Part shown: positions 10,438 through 20,845 of the stretch, in pieces
Layout: each line of letters begins with the position of its first letter
Numbering within the stretch: the stretch's first letter is position 1
DNA from: Thermoplasmata archaeon
Lineage (GTDB): Archaea > Thermoplasmatota > Thermoplasmata > GCA-020350865
Direction: 5' to 3'
Length of the DNA stretch: 64,000 nt
NCBI GenBank assembly: GCA_020348445.1
Contig: CP070751.1
Span: 4,588,960-4,652,959 of the forward strand
Program-made: the position numbers and the translations under genes
Notes under the pieces: generated by a model
Told to the model about the DNA's origin: nothing
The model's database searches: none
What the model saw: the letters and a program-made list of their open reading frames with translations, nothing else

Positions 10438-11577
10438 TTAGCTTCCACTACCATGTGGCTGCACTTCAAATATTACAAAGGTCATTATCCCAAGTAGGCA
10501 ATAGCATAATGCCAGTATTCCATTTGACAATTTAGGATCAGGAGCTTTTTCTGCCCTTTTCATTGCGAACTTGCTCCAGCCGAACAGCTTTTTAAAATAT
10601 TTGCTTCTCATAATTTGTGCTCTATTTATATACATTGGAGCTGCCCAGAACAATAGGACTATGAATGAGACATTATCTGCATTGGTCATCTCAAAGGCCT
10701 CGGGATTCCAAAGAGCGGGGAATCCTGTCCAGGCCTTATTCCAACCGTAGAACATACCAGCAACCCACATACCTATAGGAACTGAGGCAATGAAGAACAC
10801 CAGGAACGTCAATATTACCAGGAATATAAGCAAATCGGGTTTTGAAAACAATTTCTGATATAACGTTGTCTGTTCCCATGTATTTTTTTGCTTCAATATC
10901 CTGTATCCGAAGACCCCTGCTACTAATCCGGTTCCAAGGAAGAGAAATACTGACATAACCATGAGGGCGATATGAATCTTGAATATGGGAGATTCCAAAA
11001 CTGCCTGAACGTTTGCTGGTGGACCACCGCCCATTCCCCCCTCAAAATAATGAAAAGTTATCACCAATTCCCAGCTGTTGCCGGGATCATTCTCAGTGGT
11101 TAATCCCATGGGACCTTGTACTGGTAATAAGGAAGAATCTCCAGCTTCAATACATGTCACAACCACATCCCAGGTGTCGTTTACAGGTGGTCCTTCCATT
11201 GTCCCTTCCTTCATGATGGATATCTCACCACCACTACCACTGTCGCTTTGCGGCTCACCCATTCCATCGGCTGCCATAATGCTAAATTCATCAGGGTCTG
11301 AATCCGCTTCCTCATCGGTCCACGTTAAAACAAACACGATATCAAGAACCATGATACTGTCAAGCTCCAATTCTTGCTGTTCCACCAATTCGTCCAAGAG
11401 GTTTAGGGTTTTCTCCCATGATGACCCTTCATTTGTATCACCCGAATACTCAAGAACTCCTGTTTCAGATTCCGGCTCTCCCCCAGGGTGCCCTGGCTGG
11501 GCAACCGCACCAAAATTACCGATGGTGATCATGATTATTATGATGAATATCGTAATATAATTGATTACTTTCGCCAT
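10438..11577 (-). CDS. Membrane protein of unknown function with acidic extracellular domain
   Basis: Signal-like N-terminus, acidic beta-rich domain (LTWTDE), several C-terminal TM helices. Confidence 0.7.
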   Translation of the reverse strand: MAKVINYITIFIIIIMITIGNFGAVAQPGHPGGEPESETGVLEYSGDTNEGSSWEKTLNLLDELVEQQELELDSIMVLDIVFVLTWTDEEADSDPDEFSIMAADGMGEPQSDSGSGGEISIMKEGTMEGPPVNDTWDVVVTCIEAGDSSLLPVQGPMGLTTENDPGNSWELVITFHYFEGGMGGGPPANVQAVLESPIFKIHIALMVMSVFLFLGTGLVAGVFGYRILKQKNTWEQTTLYQKLFSKPDLLIFLVILTFLVFFIASVPIGMWVAGMFYGWNKAWTGFPALWNPEAFEMTNADNVSFIVLLFWAAPMYINRAQIMRSKYFKKLFGWSKFAMKRAEKAPDPKLSNGILALCYCLLGIMTFVIFEVQPHGSGS

Positions 11578-11703
11578 CCTATCATCGTAATTTGGAGTAA
11601 AGACAATATCTTATAAAAAACTTTCATTGCATTGAGCCTAAAAAACATAAAATATAAGTAAACATAGGGTATACTTTTGCAGTAACTTACAGGGGGGCCC
11701 ACA

Positions 11704-13119
11704 ATGAACTCTGAGTTGTATAATAAGATAATAGAGATTGTTGGTGAAGAATACGTCACTGATAGCGAATTTGAAAAGATATTCTACAGCAGGGATGTAT
11801 TTCCAATTTCACCTAAAATGCAGGAAGAACTAGGTGCTGCACCCGATATTATCGCAAGACCCACCACATCGGAACACGTGTCCCGGATTGTGAAGCTGGC
11901 TGCAGAATACATGATCCCCATCGTACCAAGGGGTGGCGCTAGCTGGTGGTTAGGAGGTTCGGTTCCATATAAGGGGGGCATTGTACTAGATCTCACAAGT
12001 ATGAACAATATAATCGAGGTGGATGAAGATAACATGACTGTGACAGCGGAGTGCGGAGTTACATGGAAGGAGGTGGAGGATATTCTAAAAAGGAAATCCT
12101 TTTTCCTTGGAACCCGGCCCGGAAGCGCAGCCTCAGCTACAGTTGGTGGATGGATCTCAACAGGAGGAGTGGGAATAGGCTCCTACAAATACGGCTCAGT
12201 AGGTGATCTTGTCAGGTCATTGGAGGTTGTTCTTCCAAATGGCGAGATAATAGAAACAGGTAATAAAAATCTGGCAAACAACGGCTCCGGGTACAACCTC
12301 AACTGGTTGTTTGTAGGGGCTGAAGGTACCCTGGGTATAATTACTAAAGCAACCCTCAAAATGATTCCAAAACCCGAAGAAGGCCCATTTCATGTTTCCT
12401 ATGCATTCCCTGACATTCATAGCTGTAGCGAAGCCATAAAAAAGATCGTAACAAGTAGGATCCTTCCCTATCATTTCGCTTTTGGTGACAAAAAGCATTT
12501 CGAACTTCTTGCGTCCATGGGCAGGCCCATGCCAAAAGGCGATATCGTTCTTTGCGTCGCACTTGAAGGTGAGAAAGGGATCATAGATTTCGGCATGCGT
12601 AAGCTTGATGAGTTGTTAATTTCAGCAGGTGGAGGAATCAAGTCCTGCGACGGTAAATCCCACGATGAATGCGAGGATTGCACAATAGAGTTTCGGGGAA
12701 GGGAGGTTGCCGTCTACCCGGTACCAGGTGAGATATTTGTTGGGTTAGAAAAGTTTTCTGAGGCAATGTTCAAGGTTTACAAGCTTATGGATGACATGAA
12801 ACTTAAAGCAGGTATCATAGGCAGCATGGTGGACAGAAGAACAGTGATGATCATGCCGTATTACCTTCAGGAAAAGGAGGAGGAATATGATTTCATGGAA
12901 TTTCACAAACAGCTAGGTGAGTTGGCTCTCTCAGTTGGCGGAAGAAGGGTGGGACTGGGATTGTACTTTTCATCAAATCTTTTACAGATTCATGATGAGG
13001 GGAGCGTTGCCATGATGCGTGCCATAAAAACTGGATTGGATCCTAAAAATATCCTCAATCCCGGAAAGACTGTTGGAGGTGTCGAACCTATAAAAAGTGA
13101 AAACAGTAAGAAAGGTTGA
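11704..13119 (+). CDS. FAD-binding oxidoreductase, GlcD family (paralogue 2)
   Basis: PRGGA, ATVGGWISTGG, GAEGTLGIIT, DPKNILNPGK. Confidence 0.9.
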   Translation: MNSELYNKIIEIVGEEYVTDSEFEKIFYSRDVFPISPKMQEELGAAPDIIARPTTSEHVSRIVKLAAEYMIPIVPRGGASWWLGGSVPYKGGIVLDLTSMNNIIEVDEDNMTVTAECGVTWKEVEDILKRKSFFLGTRPGSAASATVGGWISTGGVGIGSYKYGSVGDLVRSLEVVLPNGEIIETGNKNLANNGSGYNLNWLFVGAEGTLGIITKATLKMIPKPEEGPFHVSYAFPDIHSCSEAIKKIVTSRILPYHFAFGDKKHFELLASMGRPMPKGDIVLCVALEGEKGIIDFGMRKLDELLISAGGGIKSCDGKSHDECEDCTIEFRGREVAVYPVPGEIFVGLEKFSEAMFKVYKLMDDMKLKAGIIGSMVDRRTVMIMPYYLQEKEEEYDFMEFHKQLGELALSVGGRRVGLGLYFSSNLLQIHDEGSVAMMRAIKTGLDPKNILNPGKTVGGVEPIKSENSKKG

Positions 13120-13133
13120 GGGGGTGATGTTCT

Positions 13134-14288
13134 ATGGCAAAGATCCCCGATATGGAAGAGGATGTTTTGGCATGCATCCAATGCGGGTACTGCAACGCAG
13201 TCTGCCCCACTTACGAGGAATTCAAATGGGAATCAGCTTCTCCCAGGGGTAAGATTTATTTTCTAAAAAGATTCCTTTCATTGAACTTTCTTGAAAAACT
13301 AATAAAGAATGAGGAATACAAACGCGGATTCGTTAAAAGCCTGTACATCTGTGCTGGCTGCGGTGCCTGCAATAAGATATGTCCCGTGAGAATCGAATTG
13401 TCCCATCGATGGGAAGAGCTCAAAGAGTGGCTATATATAGAGGGATATGCCCCCATGGAAAAGCACAGACCATTAAGGGAAAGGATCGCAGCACACAGGA
13501 ATCCGTACAACGAACCTCTAGAAAAAAGGGCTCATTGGCTGCCTTCGGAGGTAAAGCTGGCAGATGATCCGAATATACTTTATTTCGTTGGCTGCACCGA
13601 ATCCTACAGGAGGCAGGAAATAGCCAAGGCCACTGCAAAAATATTAAAAAAGGCAGATGTTAGGTTCACGATATTGGGAACAAAGGAGCAGTGCTGCGGC
13701 TCCCCACTTCTTAGAACCGGACAATCCGATATCGTAAAAGAGGAACTCGTTCCTCAGAATATCGAGAATATAAAAAAGTCTGAGTGTGAAATCGTTGTCA
13801 CAGCATGTTCGGGTTGCTTTCAAACAATAACAAATGATTATCCTAGAATCCACGGCCCATTACCCTTTGAACTTCTTCACATCTCTCAATATTTAAAACG
13901 CCTACTTGATGAAGGTAAGATCGAATTCAAAAACAGTGTTAATAGAATCCTTACATACCACGATCCTTGCCATCTTGGGCGTCACGTTGGTGTTTTTGAG
14001 GAGCCCAGGAGGGTACTTGAGTCCATACCGGGTGTACACTTCGTCGAGATGCCAAGAAACAACATGAACTCACGATGCTGCGGAGCAGGTGGAGGATTTA
14101 AAATCGCATTTAATGATAAAGCGACGAGAATAGGATCAAAAAGGGTAAAAGAAGCCACTGAAACAGGTGCCGAGGGGATAATAACAACATGCCCTTTCTG
14201 CAAAACCAACCTGTTGCACGGATCAGAGGAGGTGGAAGGTGGGATAAAAACCATGGATCTGATGGAATTGGCACTTGAGGCTATATGA
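13134..14288 (+). CDS. (Fe-S)-binding CCG-domain protein (GlcF/HdrD-like, paralogue 2)
   Basis: CIQCGYCNAVCP, CAGCGACNKICP, QCCGSP, YHDPCHLGR, RCCGAGGG. Confidence 0.9.
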   Translation: MAKIPDMEEDVLACIQCGYCNAVCPTYEEFKWESASPRGKIYFLKRFLSLNFLEKLIKNEEYKRGFVKSLYICAGCGACNKICPVRIELSHRWEELKEWLYIEGYAPMEKHRPLRERIAAHRNPYNEPLEKRAHWLPSEVKLADDPNILYFVGCTESYRRQEIAKATAKILKKADVRFTILGTKEQCCGSPLLRTGQSDIVKEELVPQNIENIKKSECEIVVTACSGCFQTITNDYPRIHGPLPFELLHISQYLKRLLDEGKIEFKNSVNRILTYHDPCHLGRHVGVFEEPRRVLESIPGVHFVEMPRNNMNSRCCGAGGGFKIAFNDKATRIGSKRVKEATETGAEGIITTCPFCKTNLLHGSEEVEGGIKTMDLMELALEAI

Positions 14289-14431
14289 TCCTGTACAATA
14301 ATCCCGCCCAAAATTAAAAGATATGGGACACTACACATTATCTCCTATTAATAGAAGTTCACACCGTTAACTTTAAACATATCGATATCAATCCCCTCAA
14401 TATATCCATTAATTTGACGAGAGCTGTTAAT

Positions 14432-15745
14432 ATGACCAAAGAAAACGCAGATTATAATGCGGTTTTCAAAAAACTGACAAAGATCCTGGGCAATGAAAAT
14501 GTTAAAAAGCAACCAAAATCGCAGCAAGAAATATTGGTTAAACCAAAAACTACCGACGATGTCAGCAGGATAGTAAAGCTTGCAGTAAAGGGAAATATAC
14601 CTATATTCTCTAAAACCAAAACACGCAAAGCTCGTGAAAAAAGCAAAAATCTTTCAATAGTACTTAGCATAGAAGAAATGAACGGGGTTTTCGACATCGA
14701 TGATGAAAATCTGGCAGTTACCGTGGGTCCTGGTGTTAAGTGGATGGACCTGATTAAAATCCTGTCCAACAGGGAATTCTCAATAGGTGTCTATCCCTCA
14801 GTTGGAAAACCCACAGTGGGAGAGTGGGTCAATATCGGGGGCGCTGGCACTGGTTCATACAAGTTCGGACCGGCTGAGGATCAGGTAAGAACCATGGAGG
14901 TGGTTCTACCCGATGGTAAGATGATAAACACGGGATTTAAAAATGTCCTCGCCAATAGTTCAGGTTACAACCTAAATGGACTTTTCATTGGGGCAGATGG
15001 AACCCTGGGAGTAATAACCAAGGTCACATTGAAGATGTATCCAAAGCCCGAGGATGTTCGTTATTTATCCTATATATTCATTGGTATAAAGGATTTCGCA
15101 GATGCTATGAATGAATTGAAGAAATTGAAAACCACTCCTCTTAATATCTCATTCTTTGATCAAAACCATCCAAAATCCCTTTCTCTGGTAGGAAAAAAAA
15201 TCCCAGACCTTAATGGCACTGTAATTAATATCACACTTGCAGGTTTTAAATCCATCTTGGGACATGAGGAGAAAAACATCGAGGGGGTAATGCAAAAATT
15301 TAATGCAAAAAAAGTGGCGAGCAAAATCGCGCAGAAGCTGTGGGATGAACGATTCTTTGATGTTATTCCAAAGCCTAAAAAAATTGTACCAACCTTCTGC
15401 GAGACATTAATTCCCATATCAAGCCTACATGATATGATAAATGAAACGCATGCACTTCTTGTTAAAATGAATTTGAAAGGAGCCATAATTGGTACACTTG
15501 CTGATCGAAGTACCATCTCTTTTACACCATATTTTGTCACCGAAACAGTTTCCAAAAGTTCAAAGCTTAAAGCCACATTTATGGAGAAGATCGGGGATTT
15601 AGCACTAAACAAAGGTGGAAGACCTGTAAATTCAAGTATTTTCTTACTATCCGATTTCAAACGTGTCTACGGTGAGGGAATCAACACTATATTGGATATT
15701 AAATCAGCTATCGATCCACATGATATCATGAATCCTTATGGATAA
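14432..15745 (+). CDS. Divergent GlcD-family FAD oxidoreductase (paralogue 3)
   Basis: TVGEWVNIGG, GADGTLGVIT, DPHDIMNP kept; PRGG loop replaced by a basic stretch; ATG at 14432 preferred over TTG 14414. Confidence 0.8.
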   Translation: MTKENADYNAVFKKLTKILGNENVKKQPKSQQEILVKPKTTDDVSRIVKLAVKGNIPIFSKTKTRKAREKSKNLSIVLSIEEMNGVFDIDDENLAVTVGPGVKWMDLIKILSNREFSIGVYPSVGKPTVGEWVNIGGAGTGSYKFGPAEDQVRTMEVVLPDGKMINTGFKNVLANSSGYNLNGLFIGADGTLGVITKVTLKMYPKPEDVRYLSYIFIGIKDFADAMNELKKLKTTPLNISFFDQNHPKSLSLVGKKIPDLNGTVINITLAGFKSILGHEEKNIEGVMQKFNAKKVASKIAQKLWDERFFDVIPKPKKIVPTFCETLIPISSLHDMINETHALLVKMNLKGAIIGTLADRSTISFTPYFVTETVSKSSKLKATFMEKIGDLALNKGGRPVNSSIFLLSDFKRVYGEGINTILDIKSAIDPHDIMNPYG

Positions 15746-15818
15746 TCATAAGGGGATTGCTCTAAGGCTTCTATCTTCTTGGGGGAAAAAGTAGGCACAA
15801 ATTATTTGACGACGGTGT

Positions 15819-17528
15819 GTGGATATGAATAATCGTAGAATAGGATTTTTAAGTATTCAAAATAAACGCGGTATGAACCTTGGAAACTCAAATAAGAAAA
15901 GTTGCTTCAAAATATCGAAAAAAATCGTATCAATTTGGATTGTTTTTCTCTTGATTCTGATCATCGCAAACAGTGTAAATGCAAGATCCATAATCTTCTT
16001 TCATCATATCACCATGGTACAGGGCGATGATCCTTCAACCGAAGAAATCGAGCTCGAGTCAGAAATCTCTGTCTTGGAGAGATATGGTGTATACATTCCA
16101 TGGAATGAATCCATTGTTGAGGTTGCCCTCCCTTTCGGTGCAAAATCCTGGGACATAGATCATGTGGTATACCTATCTCCTGTGGATTATATTCCCGGAG
16201 AGTACAGCACCTTTTATAATCCCGAAAATCCTCCCTATAAACAATTTATCGACATGTCGGATATGGATTGTTGTTATGCGCACCGAGTTACATGGGGATT
16301 TCCTGAAGGGGCCGATAGGAGCAAAACAGAATCCATTTATGTGGGAACCGAAACAGAGTTTTCTCAGCATTTCAATGATACAAGATCAGATAACGTATGG
16401 AACTTTTCCGCATCTGGCTTGAAATTGAGGCCCGGAAATGCCTCTGGAAAGTACATTTCATTACCTCTATTAGTTCCTCAAGCAATGGGGATAAACATCA
16501 CAGGGATAAAGATGTCGTGGAATATAGCGATGTACGAGGAAAATGTCTCAATTTCCGTCTCAAACAATAATGGGACCGATTGGTTTGATATAAATGGACA
16601 AGAGGGAAAATTAGTGAATTTCTCAACCCAGGGAAAAGAACTTGTATGGAGAATCAACATGTCCCAGAACATCTACCAGAACAACACCCCTATTTTGGAG
16701 GATTTATGGGTAAATGCTACATATATTCCTATAATCACAAATATATACCTAAATCTCGCTTATAAACTCGAGCGCAATCCCGATACCAACAAATTTGATT
16801 TTACATTGGATTTGTATGATGATCATATAGATTATGTAAATCCCCATATCCTGATATTTATAAACGACGATCATATCCTAGAATCAAAAAATATTACCAT
16901 GGTATTTACAGAGGATATCGAGAATATGCCTGATAAGAACCGTTACAGCTTCGTTTCTGGAAGTTATATGCCCATAGTAGATATTTCTGTTCAAAAGGTG
17001 GAGAAGGAAGAGGAAAATGAGATTTCTAGGTCCATTTTACTGATATTGTTATTAATCGTTATTTTAATTGCAATGATTCTTTTGAGCAGGGCAAGATTGA
17101 AGGAATCAAAGAAACCATCAGAAGCTGAGGATGAGGAGCCTGCAGATTCTGAAGAGGAGTTGGAGGAACTCGAAAAGAAAAAAGCAAAATTGCTTAAGGC
17201 TATTAAGAAACTCGATAAAGATTTCGAAGAAGGCCTGATAGATGAGGATGTTTACAACGAACTTAGAAATGGCTACAAGTCAAAGGCAGCTGAGGTTATG
17301 AAACAGATTGATGTTGTGGCGGTGAGTGCACCTGGTGTCACGAAAACCCCCAAAATATCACCTGAGAGAGCATCACTTATGGAAAAAAAGGAAAAGATAC
17401 TCAAGAGCATTAAAAAGCTTGATAGCGATTATGAAGAGGGATTGCTCGATGAGGATGTTTATCAAGATCTGAGAAAAAGTTACAAAGAAAAAGCTGTAAA
17501 GTTGTTAAAGGAACTCGATGAGGAATAA
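15819..17528 (+). CDS. Membrane protein with duplicated C-terminal helical motif, upstream of ccmF
   Basis: N-terminal hydrophobic segment, extracellular domain, TM, two copies of IKKLDxDxEEGLxDEDVYxxLRxxYKxKA. Confidence 0.7.
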   Translation: MDMNNRRIGFLSIQNKRGMNLGNSNKKSCFKISKKIVSIWIVFLLILIIANSVNARSIIFFHHITMVQGDDPSTEEIELESEISVLERYGVYIPWNESIVEVALPFGAKSWDIDHVVYLSPVDYIPGEYSTFYNPENPPYKQFIDMSDMDCCYAHRVTWGFPEGADRSKTESIYVGTETEFSQHFNDTRSDNVWNFSASGLKLRPGNASGKYISLPLLVPQAMGINITGIKMSWNIAMYEENVSISVSNNNGTDWFDINGQEGKLVNFSTQGKELVWRINMSQNIYQNNTPILEDLWVNATYIPIITNIYLNLAYKLERNPDTNKFDFTLDLYDDHIDYVNPHILIFINDDHILESKNITMVFTEDIENMPDKNRYSFVSGSYMPIVDISVQKVEKEEENEISRSILLILLLIVILIAMILLSRARLKESKKPSEAEDEEPADSEEELEELEKKKAKLLKAIKKLDKDFEEGLIDEDVYNELRNGYKSKAAEVMKQIDVVAVSAPGVTKTPKISPERASLMEKKEKILKSIKKLDSDYEEGLLDEDVYQDLRKSYKEKAVKLLKELDEE

Positions 17529-17665
17529 AAAGTTTTACTTTTTAGTTTTGATAGGATTTGAATTTTAACATTTTTCCTATAATCTATTTTCGTTATTTTT
17601 ATTGCGAAAAATGTTGAAATCTAACAAATATTAATAAGGGTGATTTTGTTATACCCCCGTTTCGA

Positions 17666-20074
17666 ATGAATACGGGAACTTTAATCATCTATCTTGCATT
17701 TGCGTTTGCTATCTTCACATTGATACTGTGCCTAGTCGACCTAATATTCAAATGGCTGGAAAAAAAGCTCCCAGAAAAACTCCCTCTTTTCACCAAAATC
17801 TCATCAATTATTTCCTTTGCTTTCCTTACCATAGCGCTATTGCTCCTATACATATATTTCATCACTTCCAACATGGATATCAAGTATGTATGGGAATACT
17901 CTTCCACGCAGGCTCCATTGGAGTACAAGATAGCGGGTGTTTTAGCGGGTATGAAGGGCTCATTATTGTTCTGGATATGGTGTATGGGTTTTAGCCTGTT
18001 TGTCGAGGAGATAATCGATCTTAGGAAACCCAAGAACAAGGTGTTGATGAATTTAACCAGGGCCATTATGATGATAATAATTGCCATATTCCTTTACTTT
18101 TTAATTACCAGGGATCTATTTGCTGAGACACCAAAGAATTTTCTCGATGCCAGACCAGGCGGATATGGATTGAGTCCCCTTCTTCAAACCCCTCTTATGA
18201 TAGCCCATCCCCCCATCGTTTTTATTGCCTATGGCTTTATCGTCATTGCATTGGCCTCCTCCATGGCTTACCTCATTTGCAACGAAAAGGATTGGGTCAA
18301 ACTTTCCATGCCCTGGAGCAGATGGGCTTGGTTCTTTTTGACCCTTGGAATCGGAGTAGGCGGGTTGTGGGCCTATGTGGTTCTAGGTTGGGGAGGTTAC
18401 TGGGCCTGGGATCCTGTCGAGACATCATCGTTTCTACCTTGGATATTACTAACCGCGTTCTTGCATGCCCAAATCATGTTTAAAAGAAAAGGGGAATATA
18501 AATTTGCAGCACCGGCATTAGGGATATATACCTTTGTTTTGGTTATTTTTGCCACCTTCACCACAAGGGCAGGGGGAATATGGCAATCTGTCCATGCCTT
18601 TGGTCAGGCAGATGTTCAGGTGGGTGCCTATGATAGGTTCATCTCGGTTTTAAATGACGATACCGTGATCCTGGGATATTTCGTTCTTATGGTAGGCGTC
18701 GCGATTTTAGGAGCAATCCTTCTGATATGGGCTCTTGTGAAAAGAGGAGGAGACGAAGAACATTCTGAAGCCCCAGAGCGGGGATTTCTTGAGGAGGTCA
18801 TCAACGATAGAAGCCTTATGTTCATCACCCTTATCGTATTCACGATTAGTACTATCGTGACCCTGTTTCTTCTAATCATGGCAGTGGATGGATTGGATAG
18901 AACTGTATTTGACACGAGAGTGGGTTTCTTTGCCATGGTTGGGATCGTCGTTTTGGTAGTATGCCTTATCTGGAAGTACATCGGGATTTGGGCCACTGTC
19001 CTTTCAATCTTACTTACTTTGTGCATTACTGTGATTCTGTGGTTTCTATTCCCAGATTATGAAAATGTTGTTCTCACCGCACCTTTTCTTGCCCTTGCCC
19101 TGGGGGTCTCGGTATATAAGATCATCAAATCTATCAACAAAAAAAGCCTAAGGGGAAGTATTAACGGCATAGCCCCTCACCTGGTTCATCTAGGCGTGGT
19201 TCTTATACTCATAGGTTTCGTTGCCAGCAATTTCTCATCCACCGAGGAGAAGGTAACGCTTGATTTAAATGGATCTTCTCAGAAGGTTGGAAATTATGAA
19301 GTAAAATTGGTTGATGGGGAATATATTCAATATGACTCCATCTTCGCCACCATCGAGATATCGCAGGATGGTAATGTTATTGGGACTGCAAAGCCTGGTG
19401 GAGTGTATATTTACAAGTATCTGTTTAGCCTTGACTCAGAATATGAACAATATTTATCTGATGGTTATTTGGATTTCAACATGCATATGGCATTTCAAGA
19501 TCACAATCAATTTCTGTCCATGTTTGCATTTATTTACAACGTAGATACCAACAAATGGATAATTGAAGATTACATAAGTGAAAATAATCTTCGATTATAT
19601 CAGATAATAAATACAGGATCAGATATAGAAATATATACCAACCCGCAGTGGCGCAATGAGATAAGTGTCCATAGTACCCCTTTTGAGGATGTTTACCTTA
19701 TTTTCAATGGAGATCCCATTTCGAGCAGCACATTTACTCAGGTCGAATTTGAGGTGAAAGTTCTTCCCTTAATGAACTTCCTATGGATGGGAATGTGGCT
19801 TATGGCCATTGGAATATTCATGAGATTGATAGTCGATTATACAAGACCAAAAGTAAAAACCGAGTCCCGAGCCAAAAGAAGGGCAAGGATGCGGGGCGAA
19901 GAGGCAAGCGAAGAAGAGGGTGAGGAAGAGGAGGAAGAGAAGGACGAAGAAGAGGAGGGTGAAGAGGAGGAGGGTGAAGAGGATGAAGGCGAAGGAGAGG
20001 AGGGTGAAGAGGAGGAAAAAGGCATTGATTACTATGAGGACCTGATAGAAAAGGAACTTGAGGAGCTGGATTAG
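17666..20074 (+). CDS. ccmF: Cytochrome c biogenesis haem lyase CcmF
   Basis: WGGYWAWDPVETSSFLPW (WWD domain), HPP, HLG, SVHAF; multi-TM; Glu-rich tail. Confidence 0.92.
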   Translation: MNTGTLIIYLAFAFAIFTLILCLVDLIFKWLEKKLPEKLPLFTKISSIISFAFLTIALLLLYIYFITSNMDIKYVWEYSSTQAPLEYKIAGVLAGMKGSLLFWIWCMGFSLFVEEIIDLRKPKNKVLMNLTRAIMMIIIAIFLYFLITRDLFAETPKNFLDARPGGYGLSPLLQTPLMIAHPPIVFIAYGFIVIALASSMAYLICNEKDWVKLSMPWSRWAWFFLTLGIGVGGLWAYVVLGWGGYWAWDPVETSSFLPWILLTAFLHAQIMFKRKGEYKFAAPALGIYTFVLVIFATFTTRAGGIWQSVHAFGQADVQVGAYDRFISVLNDDTVILGYFVLMVGVAILGAILLIWALVKRGGDEEHSEAPERGFLEEVINDRSLMFITLIVFTISTIVTLFLLIMAVDGLDRTVFDTRVGFFAMVGIVVLVVCLIWKYIGIWATVLSILLTLCITVILWFLFPDYENVVLTAPFLALALGVSVYKIIKSINKKSLRGSINGIAPHLVHLGVVLILIGFVASNFSSTEEKVTLDLNGSSQKVGNYEVKLVDGEYIQYDSIFATIEISQDGNVIGTAKPGGVYIYKYLFSLDSEYEQYLSDGYLDFNMHMAFQDHNQFLSMFAFIYNVDTNKWIIEDYISENNLRLYQIINTGSDIEIYTNPQWRNEISVHSTPFEDVYLIFNGDPISSSTFTQVEFEVKVLPLMNFLWMGMWLMAIGIFMRLIVDYTRPKVKTESRAKRRARMRGEEASEEEGEEEEEEKDEEEEGEEEEGEEDEGEGEEGEEEEKGIDYYEDLIEKELEELD

Positions 20075-20255
20075 ATCCAAGACTTTTTCAATGAGGAAGA
20101 ACTTGTAAAATGTTTACAGATTGAACTGTTCTCGCCAATGAGAACCATTAAATTTCTCGATTATGTAAATATCGATGTGTTATATAACGAACCTCGACAA
20201 TAGTTTTAATAGGGTGCAGTGTATTAAGGGGCTTTAATTCAAATGGTGAGCGATT

Positions 20256-20774
20256 ATGTTTAAAAATCCATCAAGAAGGGAAAAATGTGACCTGGCAAGG
20301 AGGTGGGAGGGTCTTGATTTGGATCTTCTCCCTATTGATTCACTTGATGTTAGTATCCTTTGTATTCTGAGGGATAATTCAAGGGCCAGCAATGCAGAGA
20401 TAGCAAGGTTGTTGGATACAAGTGAGGCCACCATAAGGCGAAGGATCAAGGGCATGATAGACAAGGGTATAATCGCTGGTTTTTCTACCTACATCAACTA
20501 TGCTCTCATCGAGAATCCAGTAAAGGCGTATATCCATCTAAAGGTTAGGACTGAGCAGATGGAATCTGTTATTGAGAGCATTAAATCACATAACATGATG
20601 CTTGCATTATATCGCGTGACAGGTGAATACGACCTCTTATGCGTGACTCTCTTTTCATCCATGAATGGATTGCATGAATTTCTCGATTACTTCCTTGGAA
20701 TCGATGGGATAATCGAAACGAATGCCCAGATTGTCATGAAAGCCCACAAGGGTGTTCCATGGACAGGAATATGA
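20256..20774 (+). CDS. Lrp/AsnC-family transcriptional regulator
   Basis: NSRASNAEIARLLDTSEATIRRRI HTH; VTGEYDL effector domain. Confidence 0.9.
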   Translation: MFKNPSRREKCDLARRWEGLDLDLLPIDSLDVSILCILRDNSRASNAEIARLLDTSEATIRRRIKGMIDKGIIAGFSTYINYALIENPVKAYIHLKVRTEQMESVIESIKSHNMMLALYRVTGEYDLLCVTLFSSMNGLHEFLDYFLGIDGIIETNAQIVMKAHKGVPWTGI

Positions 20775-20845
20775 GCCCAATGGCTGCCCAAGATCGGATC
20801 TACTAAATAGTTATAAAGAAATAAAAAAAGGAGAAAGAAAGAAGT

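Noticed and set aside
19781-20080. Antisense Ser-rich or Leu/Phe-rich ORFs opposite the CcmF tail (also 28312-28638)
   Set aside because: Shadow frames of Glu-rich low-complexity coding sequence
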